Shown: in pieces, positions 39,260 to 52,163 of the stretch
Layout of the letters: the number at the start of each line of letters is the position of its first letter
How positions within the stretch are numbered: position 1 is the first letter of the stretch
Source: Eremomyces bilateralis CBS 781.70
Taxonomy: Eukaryota
DNA length: 64,000 bases
Strand: one strand, 5' to 3'
NCBI GenBank assembly: GCA_010015585.1
Contig: ML975149.1
Notes under the pieces: model-generated
The model's input: the letters and a program-made list of their open reading frames with translations, nothing else
Databases searched by the model: none
What the model was told of the DNA's origin: nothing
Position numbers and translations under genes: made by a program

Positions 39260-40967
39260 ACAATTTGTCGGGATTGCATTGGGTCTTCGTTGAGAAGATT
39301 TGGGATTTTAGCGTTGAACATGGCATTTGAAAGTATAATATGTAATTACTTTAATGAAGCACACGCTCCTGGAGCTGAACATAGGTTATAATACAAAGGC
39401 GATACCCCTTTCTGGTCGAGAAATCTTGGAGAGTGATCGTTCAATCTTACTTAAGAGCCGTTTCCCGAGCAAGGATAGAGCTTCTGAGTTCGGATGAATC
39501 CCGATTTCCTTGGATTGCATGCCTTTGAAGAGCTATGACCAATTTAGCTATCACTGCCACTAGAACAAAGACCGCTAAGTCTAAAGCCGTATTTATTTAA
39601 AAAGAGAAAGAACCGTGCATTTTTGGTGATAATACCAGGATTGGCAGATACTGTATTATCAAACACTTCATCTGTTGGAAAACGGGAGTTCCGCACCATT
39701 GAATTCGCCTGCCGCTGAATCTTCGGCGGAAGCTGTGATAGTATACCAATCTCATAGAGGTGGGATGCTCCGGATTTTGCGTCGTATTCTCCTCTTGTTC
39801 CGTTGAATCATGCCCTCTATTCTCGGCCTCGGACGCGTTTGTGGTTGCAGTGCTCGTCTCAGCCTGGCATCATCATCTTCGCTTGACTCCAATTCTCTAT
39901 GGCTAACTGGAGGGCTTATAATGTGGCCTTGCGTTACAGGGGGGACGATGGCTGGAAAACGGCCCTCAGCGCTTGTTCGTGACAATTCGGATGTGTTTTC
40001 ATGACTTCCAGGTTCTGGGAAATCGTCCTGTTGTAAGACTCCTGGCCCTCAGGAGGGACTAGGTCTGTCCTCAGGAGGAACCTGTTCCTTATGGCTAACT
40101 GGGTATTTACCTTTTCCTTCAAGCTTCATGCTCCAGGAAAGGCAAGGCTATGATGTGTTCTGATACGTTGGCTACGGGAATTCCCCTCCGGTTGAATTGG
40201 AAGTGGACTTTGGCGTGAAGTATTACAAGAAGACATACTTATACCTAATAGCAGATGTATCGAATTGATCTGACCCTTAAGATTTAGAAAAAGTCCAAGG
40301 CTCTGCCTTATTTCCTTCCAATCCTTAACATTTTGGGAAAGACGCGCCAGTTGCTCAGTCGACTAGAGAAATAAGGGACTCTATCTTCCCAAAGGTCACG
40401 CACGCATGACAGTGATCACAAACTCAGACCCTTCAGACGATCATCCTGTCTTCCTCACACGGCGAAGCTGTTGTGCCGACTTGGATGCAAGAAATGAAAC
40501 ATCTCCAGGCATCAATCCATTGAGGAGAGTGGTTTGGTGCGATTGAAGTTGATATTCGGGTGGATTACTGATCAGACACTGACTCACGTGGCTTCGCGTT
40601 CTGGGCGTGTTGCACTAAGCGCGCCGAATTGGCCTTGACACGGTGATGTCGCGTTAGGGCGGTTGGGCTTTTCATCTGATTCACTCATTCAAATTTCCGT
40701 GTTACCACTAAGAAGATGAATACGAACTTGGCGGGATTAGACTTTTTAAGTCTCATGGAAGCTTCCTGATTAGGCGAATTCTTTGATGCTGTAAGATGGT
40801 AAATGAAGATGGGGGGTTCTAGTTATAAAAGGGAATATTTTCGCAAGTCAATTCCAGTTTGTCTCAACAGCGACAAGTCGACAGTATCTCATTCAAATCA
40901 CCAGGCACCAAGCCATCGAGTCTCTTAACCAGTCAATCAATTACCCCAAACCACAGCAACCCTCATC

Positions 40968-41429
40968 ATGGCTCGCATGATCTTCGTCAACCTCCCCGTC
41001 ACTGACGTCGTCGCCTCCACCGCCTTCTACGAATCCCTCGGCTTCCCTAAGAACCCCATGTTTTCCGACAAGAACACCTCCTGCATCATCATCTCGGAGC
41101 ACATCTACGTCATGATCATGATGCGCGACACCTTTCAAGGATACATGCCGAAGGAGCCCGTCGAGAAGACCATCTGCGACGCGAAGACGTCCACCGAGAC
41201 GCTCCTGTGCCTCTCATGCGAACGAAAAGAGGAGGTGGATGAGCTGGTGGAGAAAGCGGGGAAGGGAGGGGGGAGGATGGACACGACGAAGTCGCAGGAG
41301 ATGGAGAGGATGTATGGGCGGAGCTTTGAGGATCTGGATGGGCATGTATGGGAGACGGTCTGGATGGATATGGCGGCGTTCGAGAAGGAGCAGGAAGGGT
41401 GCCCGGCGAAGCAGTGCGGTGGTACTTGA
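40968..41429 (+). CDS. VOC / glyoxalase-bleomycin-resistance family protein
   Basis: MIFVNLPV.D...STAFYESLGF..NPMFSD...MYGRSFEDLDGHVWE; intronless; TATAAAA at 40824. Confidence 0.85.
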   Translation: MARMIFVNLPVTDVVASTAFYESLGFPKNPMFSDKNTSCIIISEHIYVMIMMRDTFQGYMPKEPVEKTICDAKTSTETLLCLSCERKEEVDELVEKAGKGGGRMDTTKSQEMERMYGRSFEDLDGHVWETVWMDMAAFEKEQEGCPAKQCGGT

Positions 41430-41805
41430 ATACGTGGTGGAAGAGGGGTGTTTCGCTGGGAATCGTTTCCTCGTTTCGTTGGAACGCTGGATTTCGAGAT
41501 GATTCCTAGTGGTAATTGACATTAGCCAGAATAAGATAGGGGAGAATTGTCTCATAGGAGACTTTCCGCTACTATCAAAATCAATTGCAAGGCTTGTTTG
41601 CCTTTTATTTCCGCTTTGATATTTTGTCCTGGCGACTGCCCCTGAATACCGATTACTGGACTATGCCAAAGGTGAAATCCCATACTAATTCTTCACTCCT
41701 AACAATGCGATCATTTCCTAACCGGTAGATCGTATAATATACCAATAATAGTCCAGTCAGTTCCACTCTATCTCTCTACCCCACGCTTCTGTATTGTCCC
41801 ACCAC

Positions 41806-41872
41806 CGCCACATTTCACCCCGCCACATTTCACCCCGCCACATTTCACCCCGCCACATTTCACCCCGCCACA
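41806..41872. repeat. 15-bp tandem repeat (CGCCACATTTCACCC) x4.5
   Basis: Four perfect units plus a partial one, read directly. Confidence 0.95.
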
Positions 41873-42514
41873 ATTGCCAGGCTACGGTCGGGGAAAGATC
41901 CTCAGATTGGCCAGCTGGACGTTCTTATCATGAGCTTCTCTCGATAAGCCAGCATACCTGATTGCGCGGAGAAGCAGCCAGGTCAGTCGTCATTTTGGCA
42001 AATTCAAATTGGGGGGGGGAGAGTGGTTGATAAATACTGGTTGATAGATAGTCGTTGCTTGCAGCGTCTTAGAATTCACCGCTTTGTCAGCGGGATATCA
42101 ATTGGGGATATTTACCTTCAGTATTTTCTGGGGAATCAAGGATCTCTCGGGTGGTGTAGCCTTTAAGTTCATAAGTCTCCTCAGAGGCTCAAGCTCACAG
42201 TCCAAAACTTTACATCATGCCATGTCGGACCGACGCCGAGCCATACGCTTTCTACCATTCCCGCGCTTCCGGACCCTCCCCAGGTCGAATATCGCGAATT
42301 GAGGACCACTCCACGAAGTCATGACCATCTCACCTCCATGTATCTGATTCTATCGCCTATCGGTCCCTTGCCCCGCTTCTCCTCAAGATATCCAATTCGT
42401 TCAGGACAAATTACAAACATCGACCACACGCTGGTGGCCGCCGGATCGTATGACTAAGTTTTCCGGGCAGCATCGAGCATCTCCGCGGGGCACTCGCCCA
42501 CGTTCCTGGGAACG

Positions 42515-45476
42515 ATGAATCCGTCGTCCAGTACACCAGTACATGTAGGACCTGGAACAACCCCGATGAGTGCGCCCGACGTGAGCGGACAGGGACAGAA
42601 AAAGGCAAGAGCTCGGCGGAAGAAGGGAGAGGGAGATGAGAATAGCAAGCGACGGATGGTTGTCAGCACGGCATGCATAGGTAGGGACAGCCTCCGATCG
42701 ACGAGAATTCGGCATTGGTCGCTCTCGTAAAGGATTTCCTTATCGCTATCGGCTCGGACTAACCTGTGTTGCTCAACTATAGCATGCCGCCGCCGGAAAA
42801 GCAAGTGTGACGGAAACCTACCCGCGTGTAACGCATGCTCGCAGGTGTATCATACCCCATGTGTCTTCGACCCCGGCTCGGATCATCGACGGAAAGGGGT
42901 CTATCGCAAAGACATCGACCGTCTCCAGACCCATAACTCGACCCTCCAAACCCTAATCCAAGCCCTCCTCAACTCCCCCGAGTCTGACGTCCCCGACCTG
43001 GTCCGCCAGATCCGCACGTGCGAAAGCCTCGACACCGTCGCCGAGAATATCCTCGCCAAAGAGTATCAACAGAATGAGGAGGACGAAGGCGATTCGCCGC
43101 TTAGTCAGGCGGCGGAGGCGGAACATCCGACGTTTGAGGGGCAGCTCTCGGGGAGGATGGGTGAGTTGCGGGTGGATGGTGGAAACACCAGATACATTGG
43201 TGGGACGTCGAACCTGCTGTTCATGAATGTCGAAGACGAGGTCGTTCCGGCTCTGAGTGACACCGAGTATTCCACCGAAGAGCATCCCGCCGTTTCTTGG
43301 ACGAGGGTCGTCAACAATGTGGAATCAATTAGACATCTGATGAACATGTATTTCACATGGCATTATACGTGGGTTCACCCTTCCTCTATATATCCGGCCT
43401 ATACTGATGCGCTGCAGGTTCTTCACATGTCTTTCAAAAACCCTCTTCTACCGGGATTTCCTTCTCGGAAGGCCTCGTGGTTTACGAAGGGCGGAGCATT
43501 GCAGCTCATTGCTGGTCAACGCCATGCTCTGTCTGGGATGCCACTTCACTTCCATCCCGGCCTCCCGCGAAGACCGAGACGACTCAGCCACGGCTGGCGA
43601 TCATTTCTTCCAAGAGTGCAAACGCATCCTCATCGAGGATGAACTGGACAAACCCAAACTCACAACAGTGCAGGCACTTGCTCTCATGTCCGTCAGAGAG
43701 GCGGGCTGTGGCCGCGAAGAGAAAGGATGGATGTACAGTGGCATGAGCTTTCGAATGGCCCTGGATCTTGGCCTCAACCTGGATTCAGGGACTCTGACCT
43801 CATTCAGAGGCGAGCCTAACCTTGATGAGAAGGAGGAAGATATACGGCGAATAACCTTTTGGGGCTGCTTTTTGTTCGACAAATGCTGGTCGAATTACCT
43901 TGGCCGCATGCCACAGCTGCCAAAGTCCTTGGTCACGGTACCGAAATTCGAAGTCTTCCCAGGCGAGGAGTCGGAAATTTGGGCAGCGTACAGCGATTCC
44001 GGATTCAACCAGTCCCATGCTCAACCATCGAGGACGAGGGCAGTGGCTTTGCAGATATCGACGCTCTGTGAGATCAGCGGCGACATCATGACTTCATTCT
44101 ACAACCCGATCGATATCGAAAAATCGAAAAACAAGCAATCCGAATTAAACAGGCTCAGTGATCTCCACCAGAGACTCGAGGAATGGAGACGGAACCTAGC
44201 GCCGGAATTCCATCCTCGAGAAGGCGGTCTTCCAAGCGTTCTGGTCATGCAGTGAGTCAATCTCGACCTCTGGGTGGGACAATATCTAACCCAATGCAGC
44301 ATGTTCTTCCAACTCCTATACATCCATCTCTTCCGTCCATTCCTCAAATACTCCCAATCTACATCCCCACTACCTCCCAATATCTCCCCACGCAAGATCT
44401 GTACCCAAGGTGCTACGATGATCAGCAAGCTCTTCCGCCTCTACCGCCGATCCCATGGCTTACGGCAAATCTGCAACGTCGCCGTGTATATCATCCACAG
44501 CGCGTGCACCATCCACCTATTAAACCTCCCGGACCCGAACTCCGTCCGCGACATCACGCACGGTGTGAAACATCTCGAGGAGATGGCGGAAGGCTGGTTG
44601 TGCGCTCGTCGCACGCTCGGCATCCTGTCCGTCCTAGCACGCAAGTGGAAGATCGTGTTACCGGATGAAGCACAGGCGGTGCTGGTGCGCACGGAATCGA
44701 AATTCGGCGCTTACAAAGAAGTTCCTACGCCGGAGGCGACACATTTGCACCTTACGAAGCTCGAACACCCTTCTCCCCCGCCCCTACCGACGGGCCAACC
44801 ACTCAATTCCACATTAACTTCACATCCTTCTATGGACCTAGCCTCGCTCTACCCCATGGCTACACTCCCCCCTCAAATCATCGCCAACCCCCGCAGCCTC
44901 TCAACCCACGCCTGCCGCCCATCCGGCCAACAACACCCCCTCCCCCCTCAATCCACCCTCGACCTTTCCTTCCCACCCCGTATCTCCCCTGTCTCCCCCT
45001 CCACTACCGGCCCGTCCGCCGAGCCCGAAGCCATCCCGTCGACATCGCGCACGCACATCAATAGCCCGTCGGATATGTTCGGCGGGGTCAATGCGCTGCT
45101 GCGTGAGACAGACTGGTGGTTCCAGGACCAGGCGCAGCTGGCGCGCGGGTTTGGGAACTGGGCGGATGATATGGGTAATGGTGAGGGGTCGAGAGGGGGG
45201 AGTCCGAGGGGGTGGTGGGGTGATGGGGGGATGAGGAGGGGGAGTGAGAGTGGGGGTGGAGGCGGGAATGAGAGGGGGGGTGTTACGGGCCCCAATGGTG
45301 TGGGTCAGACGAATGGGATGAACGGGGGACAGCTGAATGGGGAGAATGGGAATGAGTCGGGGGCGGGGGTGGATGGGGAGGCTAGGTTGGGGAACATTGA
45401 TTGGAGTGCCTTGGGGTTGGGTAGTATGGGAGGGCCGGGAGACATGTATAACGAGACGAACTGGTATAGCGGTTGA
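42515..45476 (+). CDS. nirA: Zn2Cys6 nitrate-assimilation transcription activator NirA/NIT4
   Basis: STACIACRRRKSKCDGNLPAC..C..VYHTPCVFDPGSDHRRKGVY closely matches the NirA zinc-cluster region as recalled; fungal TF middle region RRITFWGCFLFD; introns 42681-42782, 43369-43417, 44252-44299. Confidence 0.88.
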
Positions 45477-45826
45477 AATAGAGGCACTAGAGGATACGGC
45501 CCTGATGAGCTTATGGGTATGTTGTGGGTTTCATTGGATTCGGGATACCAGGTCTTATAGCGAAAAGTTGGGATTTGATTCCGGCGCGGTTGCGGTGGGC
45601 CTTTTGATATACAGTATGGAGTATTGTTTAGAAACTTCAGTAGAACTATGAGCCCGTATCATACATGCACGCCTCTTGGGATTTGACGAAAGGATAGAGC
45701 CATATCGCCAACCAGGGATGGCTAAGTAAGCTATAGGACCCGTACTGATACAACCAATGCCTAAAACCATTACAAAAGGAAGAACAATAGTGACTCCGCC
45801 GCAAACACTCCGCATACCACAATCAC

Positions 45827-47233
45827 TCAGTCCACCTCATATACCCCGTTATTCACGCCCTCCCTCGTCCCCTGAATAGCCTCCTCAAGCCGCTGCACAA
45901 GCCTCAGATCCATCGACGCGCTCGACGCCGCTCGCCTCCTCGCGCCCCTCACCCCCCCACCACTCCTCCGCCAGCGTATCGCATGCAGATTTCGAAAACT
46001 AAAACTGAAACTGCCCCGACCGACCGCCCCGTCTCCTAACCGCGTGCGTCGAACCCCCGGCCAACTCACGGCTCGCCTCCTTGCTCGAACGCTGGCTCCC
46101 AAGTCCCAGAAAGGGCGTCGGCGGAGAATCCCCGATAGGGTCCGCAGTCCGCTGCGAAGGCCTTCTGCGTCGAGGCTGTCTAGCACACTGCCAAGTTGCG
46201 GGACCGGCGCCCCGTTGGAACGGGTCACGACGCTGCTGTCGCTGTCACCGCGTCTCCTCTCCGCTACTGCCTGGCGTAACGCTTGGATCTCTGTTAGGGC
46301 GTGACGGATGTCGATGAGCGTCGACTCTAGCGTCCTTTGCGTCGTCCGCGCCTGCACGCGGGTATCTAGCAATCGATCCAGCATTGTTTCAGGATCGTCT
46401 GACCCTTTCGGCGGCCGCTGCCGCGAGCGACGCGGATCGTGGTTCTCGTCGTTTTCTTCATGCTGATTCTGGCGGTTCGCGAGGCGAGCCGAGCGGCGCG
46501 GGATCGTGACCCATTCTTCGTCGGTATTCGAAAGTCGGAACTGGTGGGTGCGGCACGATCCGGCTCGGGACGCGATGAGATCTTCCGTTGCATCTCTGGG
46601 CTCGATAGCAGGGACAGGGAGGTCGGGGCCCATGAATCCTTCGTTGATGATCATGAGTTCCGGGCCGCTGGTGGCATCGAGGCGGGGGGGGTCGTCGGGG
46701 TTGGGGGGGTCGTCGGGATCGAGGGGCATGTCGGGGCCTCTCTCGTCACAGTCCCAATCGGTGTACATGGAAGATTCATCGTAGTCGGTGGATGACTCGT
46801 ACCCGGGGACGAGACGGCGCGGGATGAAATACCGATTTAACTGCGGCTGGTTCGGGTTAAGTCCATAGCTCTCTTCTTCCTCTTCCTCGATCTTTTCCTC
46901 TTCCTCGACTTCCTCCTCTTCCTTGTTCTCCTCCTCGACTTCTACTTCTTCTCTGATGTATTCAATTAGGGGAGAGCGGGCTTGCATCTCATGGGCCTTC
47001 ACATCGTCACTGTCATTATCATCACGGTGGTCAGTTGCTCTCGGTCTCGTCGCTCTAGCTCCGCTTGCTTGCGACCGACGGGGACGCAGCCCCTGGCAGC
47101 GACGAAGCGACGACCCCGCAACTCCCAAGTTGTTCCTACGGGACGCGTTCGCGGCTTGGGGGGTTGCCTTCGCGCCTCGAATCTCCGCGACCCGTGCAGA
47201 GCGACGAGCGACGTTTCCAGAAAGGGCCTGCAT
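45827..47233 (-). CDS. Hypothetical low-complexity protein (Arg-rich ends, acidic tract)
   Basis: 468-aa intronless ORF; no recognisable domain. Confidence 0.55.
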   Translation of the reverse strand: MQALSGNVARRSARVAEIRGAKATPQAANASRRNNLGVAGSSLRRCQGLRPRRSQASGARATRPRATDHRDDNDSDDVKAHEMQARSPLIEYIREEVEVEEENKEEEEVEEEEKIEEEEEESYGLNPNQPQLNRYFIPRRLVPGYESSTDYDESSMYTDWDCDERGPDMPLDPDDPPNPDDPPRLDATSGPELMIINEGFMGPDLPVPAIEPRDATEDLIASRAGSCRTHQFRLSNTDEEWVTIPRRSARLANRQNQHEENDENHDPRRSRQRPPKGSDDPETMLDRLLDTRVQARTTQRTLESTLIDIRHALTEIQALRQAVAERRRGDSDSSVVTRSNGAPVPQLGSVLDSLDAEGLRSGLRTLSGILRRRPFWDLGASVRARRRAVSWPGVRRTRLGDGAVGRGSFSFSFRNLHAIRWRRSGGGVRGARRRAASSASMDLRLVQRLEEAIQGTREGVNNGVYEVD

Positions 47234-47544
47234 CGTGCGGAGCGCGTTGTAGGAGCTCTGAATACCTCTGAACCTCCTAAAGACGGGTTAATCACGAAGA
47301 AGAGAGAGAGAGTGGTCGGGATGGGTGAGTAGGATTGAAGATGTGGGATGTGGAGAATCGTCGTTTGAATGTGAAGGGTAATGTAATGTTACAGAATCCA
47401 CCATGCCTCGCATCCAAGCCGGAGGCAGTAGATATCCACCAGGATGCCCCCAAAATGCGTGATAACATGTCCAAATGTAGTGCAAGATCCCACTCTATGC
47501 TGTATTCCCCCTCATAACAAATGCGGTAGTGTCGATGTCATAAC

Positions 47545-50357
47545 TCACTTCCCTCCCTTATCATCCCCGCCGCTACTCCCCGGCTCCAGCACATGCGTAT
47601 GTCCCAACCCGCGGATAATCGTCCCCCCTTCCTCTTGCCGACACACGCGGCACCCGTCCCGCGCCACGTGCACATGCAGCGGCCGCGCGCTCGGGCTCTC
47701 CGGTCGCGACTGCGACCCGATCCCCATCGCCATCGCGCCGCCGCCGCCCACGGCCAGCCCGCTGTCGGCGAGCCCGGCGGCTGGCCCGGAGTTCGAGTAA
47801 CCGATGCTGAACGGCCCGCCGACGGCGCTGGATGGGCTTGGAGTTGGGATGGTAGAGTCGCTATCGACGTTGTCGCCGTAGAAGGCGGTTTTGACCCAGC
47901 GGTCCTCCCAGATCTCGGCGAGGGTGGCGCGGCGGAGAGGGTCGAGTTCGAGCATGCGACTGATAATGTGGCGGGTTTCGCGGGGAAGGAGGCGGAGGAG
48001 ACGCCAGCGCCCCTTGATTTGTTGCGGTTGTGCGGGCTGGGTTTGCGGTTGTGTGGAGGCGGTGTTGGTCGGAGGGGTTTCGGGGACGTGAATTCGAGGT
48101 TGGTCCGGGTTTTGGATATTAGTATTGGGGTCGGAGCGGGTAGGAGGCTCAGGATGATCACGATGATGGCGGCGGTGAGGTTCGTTTTCGGATGGTGGAT
48201 CCGAGCTAGGAACTCGGGATGAAGGTTCGGATTGGACGAAGCGTTCTGTGGGGTTATATGGATTGGGATTTTCAAGTGCAGATTTTAAAGCCAGCTGTGA
48301 GAGCGCTTTTCTTGATTCTTCGTCTGGGTCCGCAACGAACAGTTTGTAGGAGTTGTCGGAGAGGCGAGGTTGTTTCCATGGGAAGCGACGGAGGGTCATG
48401 CAACAGAAGATGATGGCGAGAGACCAGACGTCGGTTGGCTGCGGGTCGTATTTGGGGAGATCATAGACTTCAGGAGCAAGGTATGGATCGGAGCCGACAA
48501 TGCCTGTGTTGAATATTAGTTACCGATGCCCTTAAACATTAAAGGCTGTACGTACCGGATGCCGTGACCACACCATTCTCGAAGGGATATCGGAAAACGG
48601 CGGCACTGCCAAAATCGATAATCTTCATGATCCCATGCTCGTTGACGACGACGTTATCCAACTTCAAGTCTCGATGCGCTAGCCCCATATTGTGCAAATA
48701 GGTGACGCCATTGAGGATCTGAAGCGTGGCGCATGTGATCTCCTCTCGACTCATCTTTCCCGTCATTACGATCGCGAATAGGTCGTAGGGTGCGTATTCC
48801 ATGACTTCGTACCAGTTCCCCTTCTCATGAATGATGTCCATGGTCTCGATGAGGTTGCCATGGTGCAACGTGCTCCCGATACAGAACTCGGCGGTGACTT
48901 TCTTGCTATATTCTTTCTCGCTCTCGTAGGTATGTCGAGCTCGGAACTGTTTGACGGCGAAGGTGACTCCGTCCGACTGGCGCTTCATGATGCGGACCGA
49001 TCCCCCCGCCCCAGAGCCCAGGACCTTGCCAAACTTTCCGTATTTCGATTCTAAGCTCATGTCGTCTGCGAAGGGCATATTGAACGTTCCGGTCGAATTT
49101 GACGATGATTTCCGGTCTCCGGTCGTAGGTCGGCTGCCCCGCAGCGAGCTACTCGACGACGAGTGACCAGACTTCTTATGGCCTTTGTCTTTATCTTTCT
49201 TATGGGATCCAAACTTGAAAAAGCGCTTCAGATCGGACATAGACCCATGTTTCTTTTCGCTGAGGTGGAATGAGCTGGACTCGTCGCGATGGTGACTGCC
49301 ACCAAGAAAACCAGGGCGCTTCTCATTTTGATGGGTGGGTTCCGTTCCGCCTTTTGATCGAGGGACGTTGGATGACGAGGCTGAAATGGGGTCGCGGCGT
49401 TGGCTGCGGTCGCGGACCCCGAAGACAAACCTGGGGTCGATCGTATCGAGATCTCGATTTTGCACGGGACGTTTTCCGCGCGCATATGGATCGTTTGGAT
49501 CGCCTTGCGGTGTGAAGGGACGTTGGTATGGGGAGCGTGCGCCGGGCGGGGTGACCGCTCCAGGGGTGTTGGCGGGACTTCCGTCATGAGACGGGGGTAG
49601 CGAATCGCCTGCAGGGCCCGCCATGGAGTTGCGATATTCCGCAGGATGGGGCGCCACAACACCGGACATTTCCACCATCGATCGCGGGCGCGGTTGAACG
49701 ACAGCGGTAAGGCGTGCGTTGGCGGCTGCAGATCGTGGTTGCGTCGATGCGCCCGGTCGGGATTCCTGTTGAGGGGTCACCTTTGTCGGAGGACGCTCGT
49801 GGGGCGGAGATATTTCAGGAGTCATTGTTCCTGCGTCGTTTCGGACTGATATTCTTGGGAGGCCCTCGTCCTGGGAAGCTCCTTTTCTTTCGGGGCCTGA
49901 TCCAGCTGGTGTAAGTGGAGGGGAGTTGACGGATGCCATGGATGAGCCAAGTCGAGGAGAGGTAGCACCTGAGGGAGTCTGAACCGGAGTGGCAGAATGT
50001 CCTGAATCCCGAGAAGGAACCTATGGTAGCAAACTTGTTAGCAGGTGCTCATTATTTTATGTTATCGTCGTCCTGCGGGGGATGCAGGCTGGAAACACTC
50101 ACTCTTGATGCAGGTAACGACATTGGATCAAAAGCGAAGTTCTCCATTCGATTGCACTGCATCTTCGATCGTCGCATGCTGATGGACAAGTTCTTTAATT
50201 CCTTCTGCGCTGCCTCGCAAAGATCATCGCGCTCATTCTTGGACGGTTTCTTGAGCGACCCGGCGACATCTTGGGATCTAGCGGGTTCGACCTCTTCGTC
50301 GGGAGAGCGAACCCGCACCGCCGATCGCTGCGGATCCTCGCGGGTTTCCTCAGCCAT
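47545..50357 (-). CDS. HAL/NPR-family Ser/Thr protein kinase (Sat4/Hal4-like)
   Basis: [48 protein letters not shown]; introns 50102-50021 and 48555-48504. Confidence 0.9.
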
Positions 50358-51641
50358 CTTTGCACAAGGCGCCTTTACCAGATTACTCGCTATGAATATA
50401 TCGTAAGGATTTGGAGGCGTCGCTGATGCGTGAGATGAATTTGGATAGCGTGCAAGGCGGGGCGCGGTGTAGTGGAGGTGGGTTGGTGGAGGAGTGGTAA
50501 AAGTTGTGCTCGGCGTAATCTGACAGGAGGATGAAGCGGTTGGCATAAGCCGATGCAACAACGATAGTGGTAGGGCCTAATATGAGGCAGGAAGCCTGCA
50601 ATTGAAAGAGAGGAGCGTGGAGGACCAGAGATGGGTGGTGACTCCCGATAGAAGTTGGAGATAGATGTTTCGTGGATGATAATTGGTAGCGTCGATTTAG
50701 TGATTGGATTCAGCGACTGATTCAGCAACTGGCACACGAAGTGACCCGAGATGTCTAACTCGGTCTCTGGTGGGATGGACAAGCTGGACCTGGCTCCACC
50801 CACGTTGTCCCTGACTCCCTGACTCCTTGGATAGCTTAACGTTGTGATGCCGAACAACGGGTCAACCGGCACTGTTTTAGGGGCGGATTGCGTGCCTTTC
50901 GGGCGGTGATTGGTTGAGTTACACGGATATGCCGAAAGCTACAGGAATAATTGGTGCCAGGAATGTCCCAGGTGTGACAACGTATGTGATGACATTAAGC
51001 TCTGAAATGCAGAGGAATATGAAGTAATCACGGAGGTTCCAGATGGGGCGGAACAGGTCTCTCTTTCATCCGTCAGACAATGCGGTTCCAGCTCACTGAA
51101 ACACTACAATAAGGAAGTTGGTCAATCTGTCATGTGCAAGAACATGCATTAGAGTATTGAAACTTAGGAGATTAACTTGAGTCGAGATGAAAATCAAGCG
51201 GAGCATCCGAGAGCGATGCTCCTCTATCCCCACTCTCGCGGTGCAGTCAACATTGGTGCGCCGTATTTTGCGGACCGGTGGCGATTTCAGTGACTCAACA
51301 TTAGGGAAATTTTCCCTGCAGTTAGGAATCGGGCCAAGGAGGCTCAACGAAGTCAACGTGAGGTTGGAATGGGCATATTTTGGCCTTGGGCACGTCTTGT
51401 TGAGATCTGAGATATTGAACTGTGAAGCCCCTAGAGCTTCATCTGGACTGGGAAAACCGGTTTCGGGAATCTTTCCGGACGATACGGAGTACACATCCAG
51501 TATCCACGAATTATCCAATGCCCATCCTTGGAACAGATCCCTATTCGACCAATACATCCAATGCGCTGATACTAATAAGACACGTAATTAACAAGGCGAC
51601 GATTCGATACTCATGTTCATTAACTCGAACTGACCCCCACC

Positions 51642-52163
51642 CTAAATAATCCGCGTCACGTGCACCGCTGTATGATTCCCACCAACGGATTCGACACCAT
51701 TCCTCAAATCGGATTTCTTCACTACTCTCCCCTCCTCGACAAAGGCATACATGGTCTTGATCTTACCCTCGACAACCGTCGCCACGTCCTCCCCGAATAC
51801 CATGGGTAGTTCCCCCTTCGGCCCACCCGCCCACTTGATCCGAGCCACTTGGAACGACTCCGCGCCTGGAGACAGCACTTCAATTGGCGCTGATCTAGTG
51901 CCAGATCTCAGATGTCGACGATCGCATCGAGGTAGCTTACCGGTTAATTCGAAGGCAAGGTCATCCATAGATTTGCGCAAGCCGTCGATGAGATCGAGGA
52001 TGGCGTCGTGGCCACGAAAGGCGCCCAACCGGTCGAGGAACAAGCATTCGGAAGACGGGACCCAGAACTCCTTGATGACATGAGCTCGTCGGTTGGCATT
52101 TGGCTCGCTGAATATGTCAAACAGGTGGCCCTTCATCAGCTTCTCGACTGCCTTGGAGGCCAT
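51642..52163 (-). CDS. SnoaL-like / NTF2-fold protein
   Basis: LFDIFSEP...RR..I...W, F.GHDAI, W..GP.GE....GEDVATV.EGKI..MYAF pattern; probable intron 51940-51890. Confidence 0.7.
   Translation of the reverse strand: MASKAVEKLMKGHLFDIFSEPNANRRAHVIKEFWVPSSECLFLDRLGAFRGHDAILDLIDGLRKSMDDLAFELTGKLPRCDRRHLRSGTRSAPIEVLSPGAESFQVARIKWAGGPKGELPMVFGEDVATVVEGKIKTMYAFVEEGRVVKKSDLRNGVESVGGNHTAVHVTRII

Noticed and set aside
39628..39640. GATAATACCAG resembling part of a fungal TPP riboswitch
   Set aside because: No upstream CTGAGA or CTTGAT elements, no supporting pairing and no thiamine gene nearby
39752..40122. Two short minus-strand ORFs, possible gene relic
   Set aside because: No identifiable domain, TIR or LTR
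41806..41872. CRISPR-like repeat array
   Set aside because: Units are contiguous with no spacers; eukaryotic context and no cas genes
51093..51591. Overlapping 154-aa (-) and 134-aa (+) ORFs
   Set aside because: No recognisable motif or codon bias; lies in the kinase upstream region; cannot be supported without a homology search
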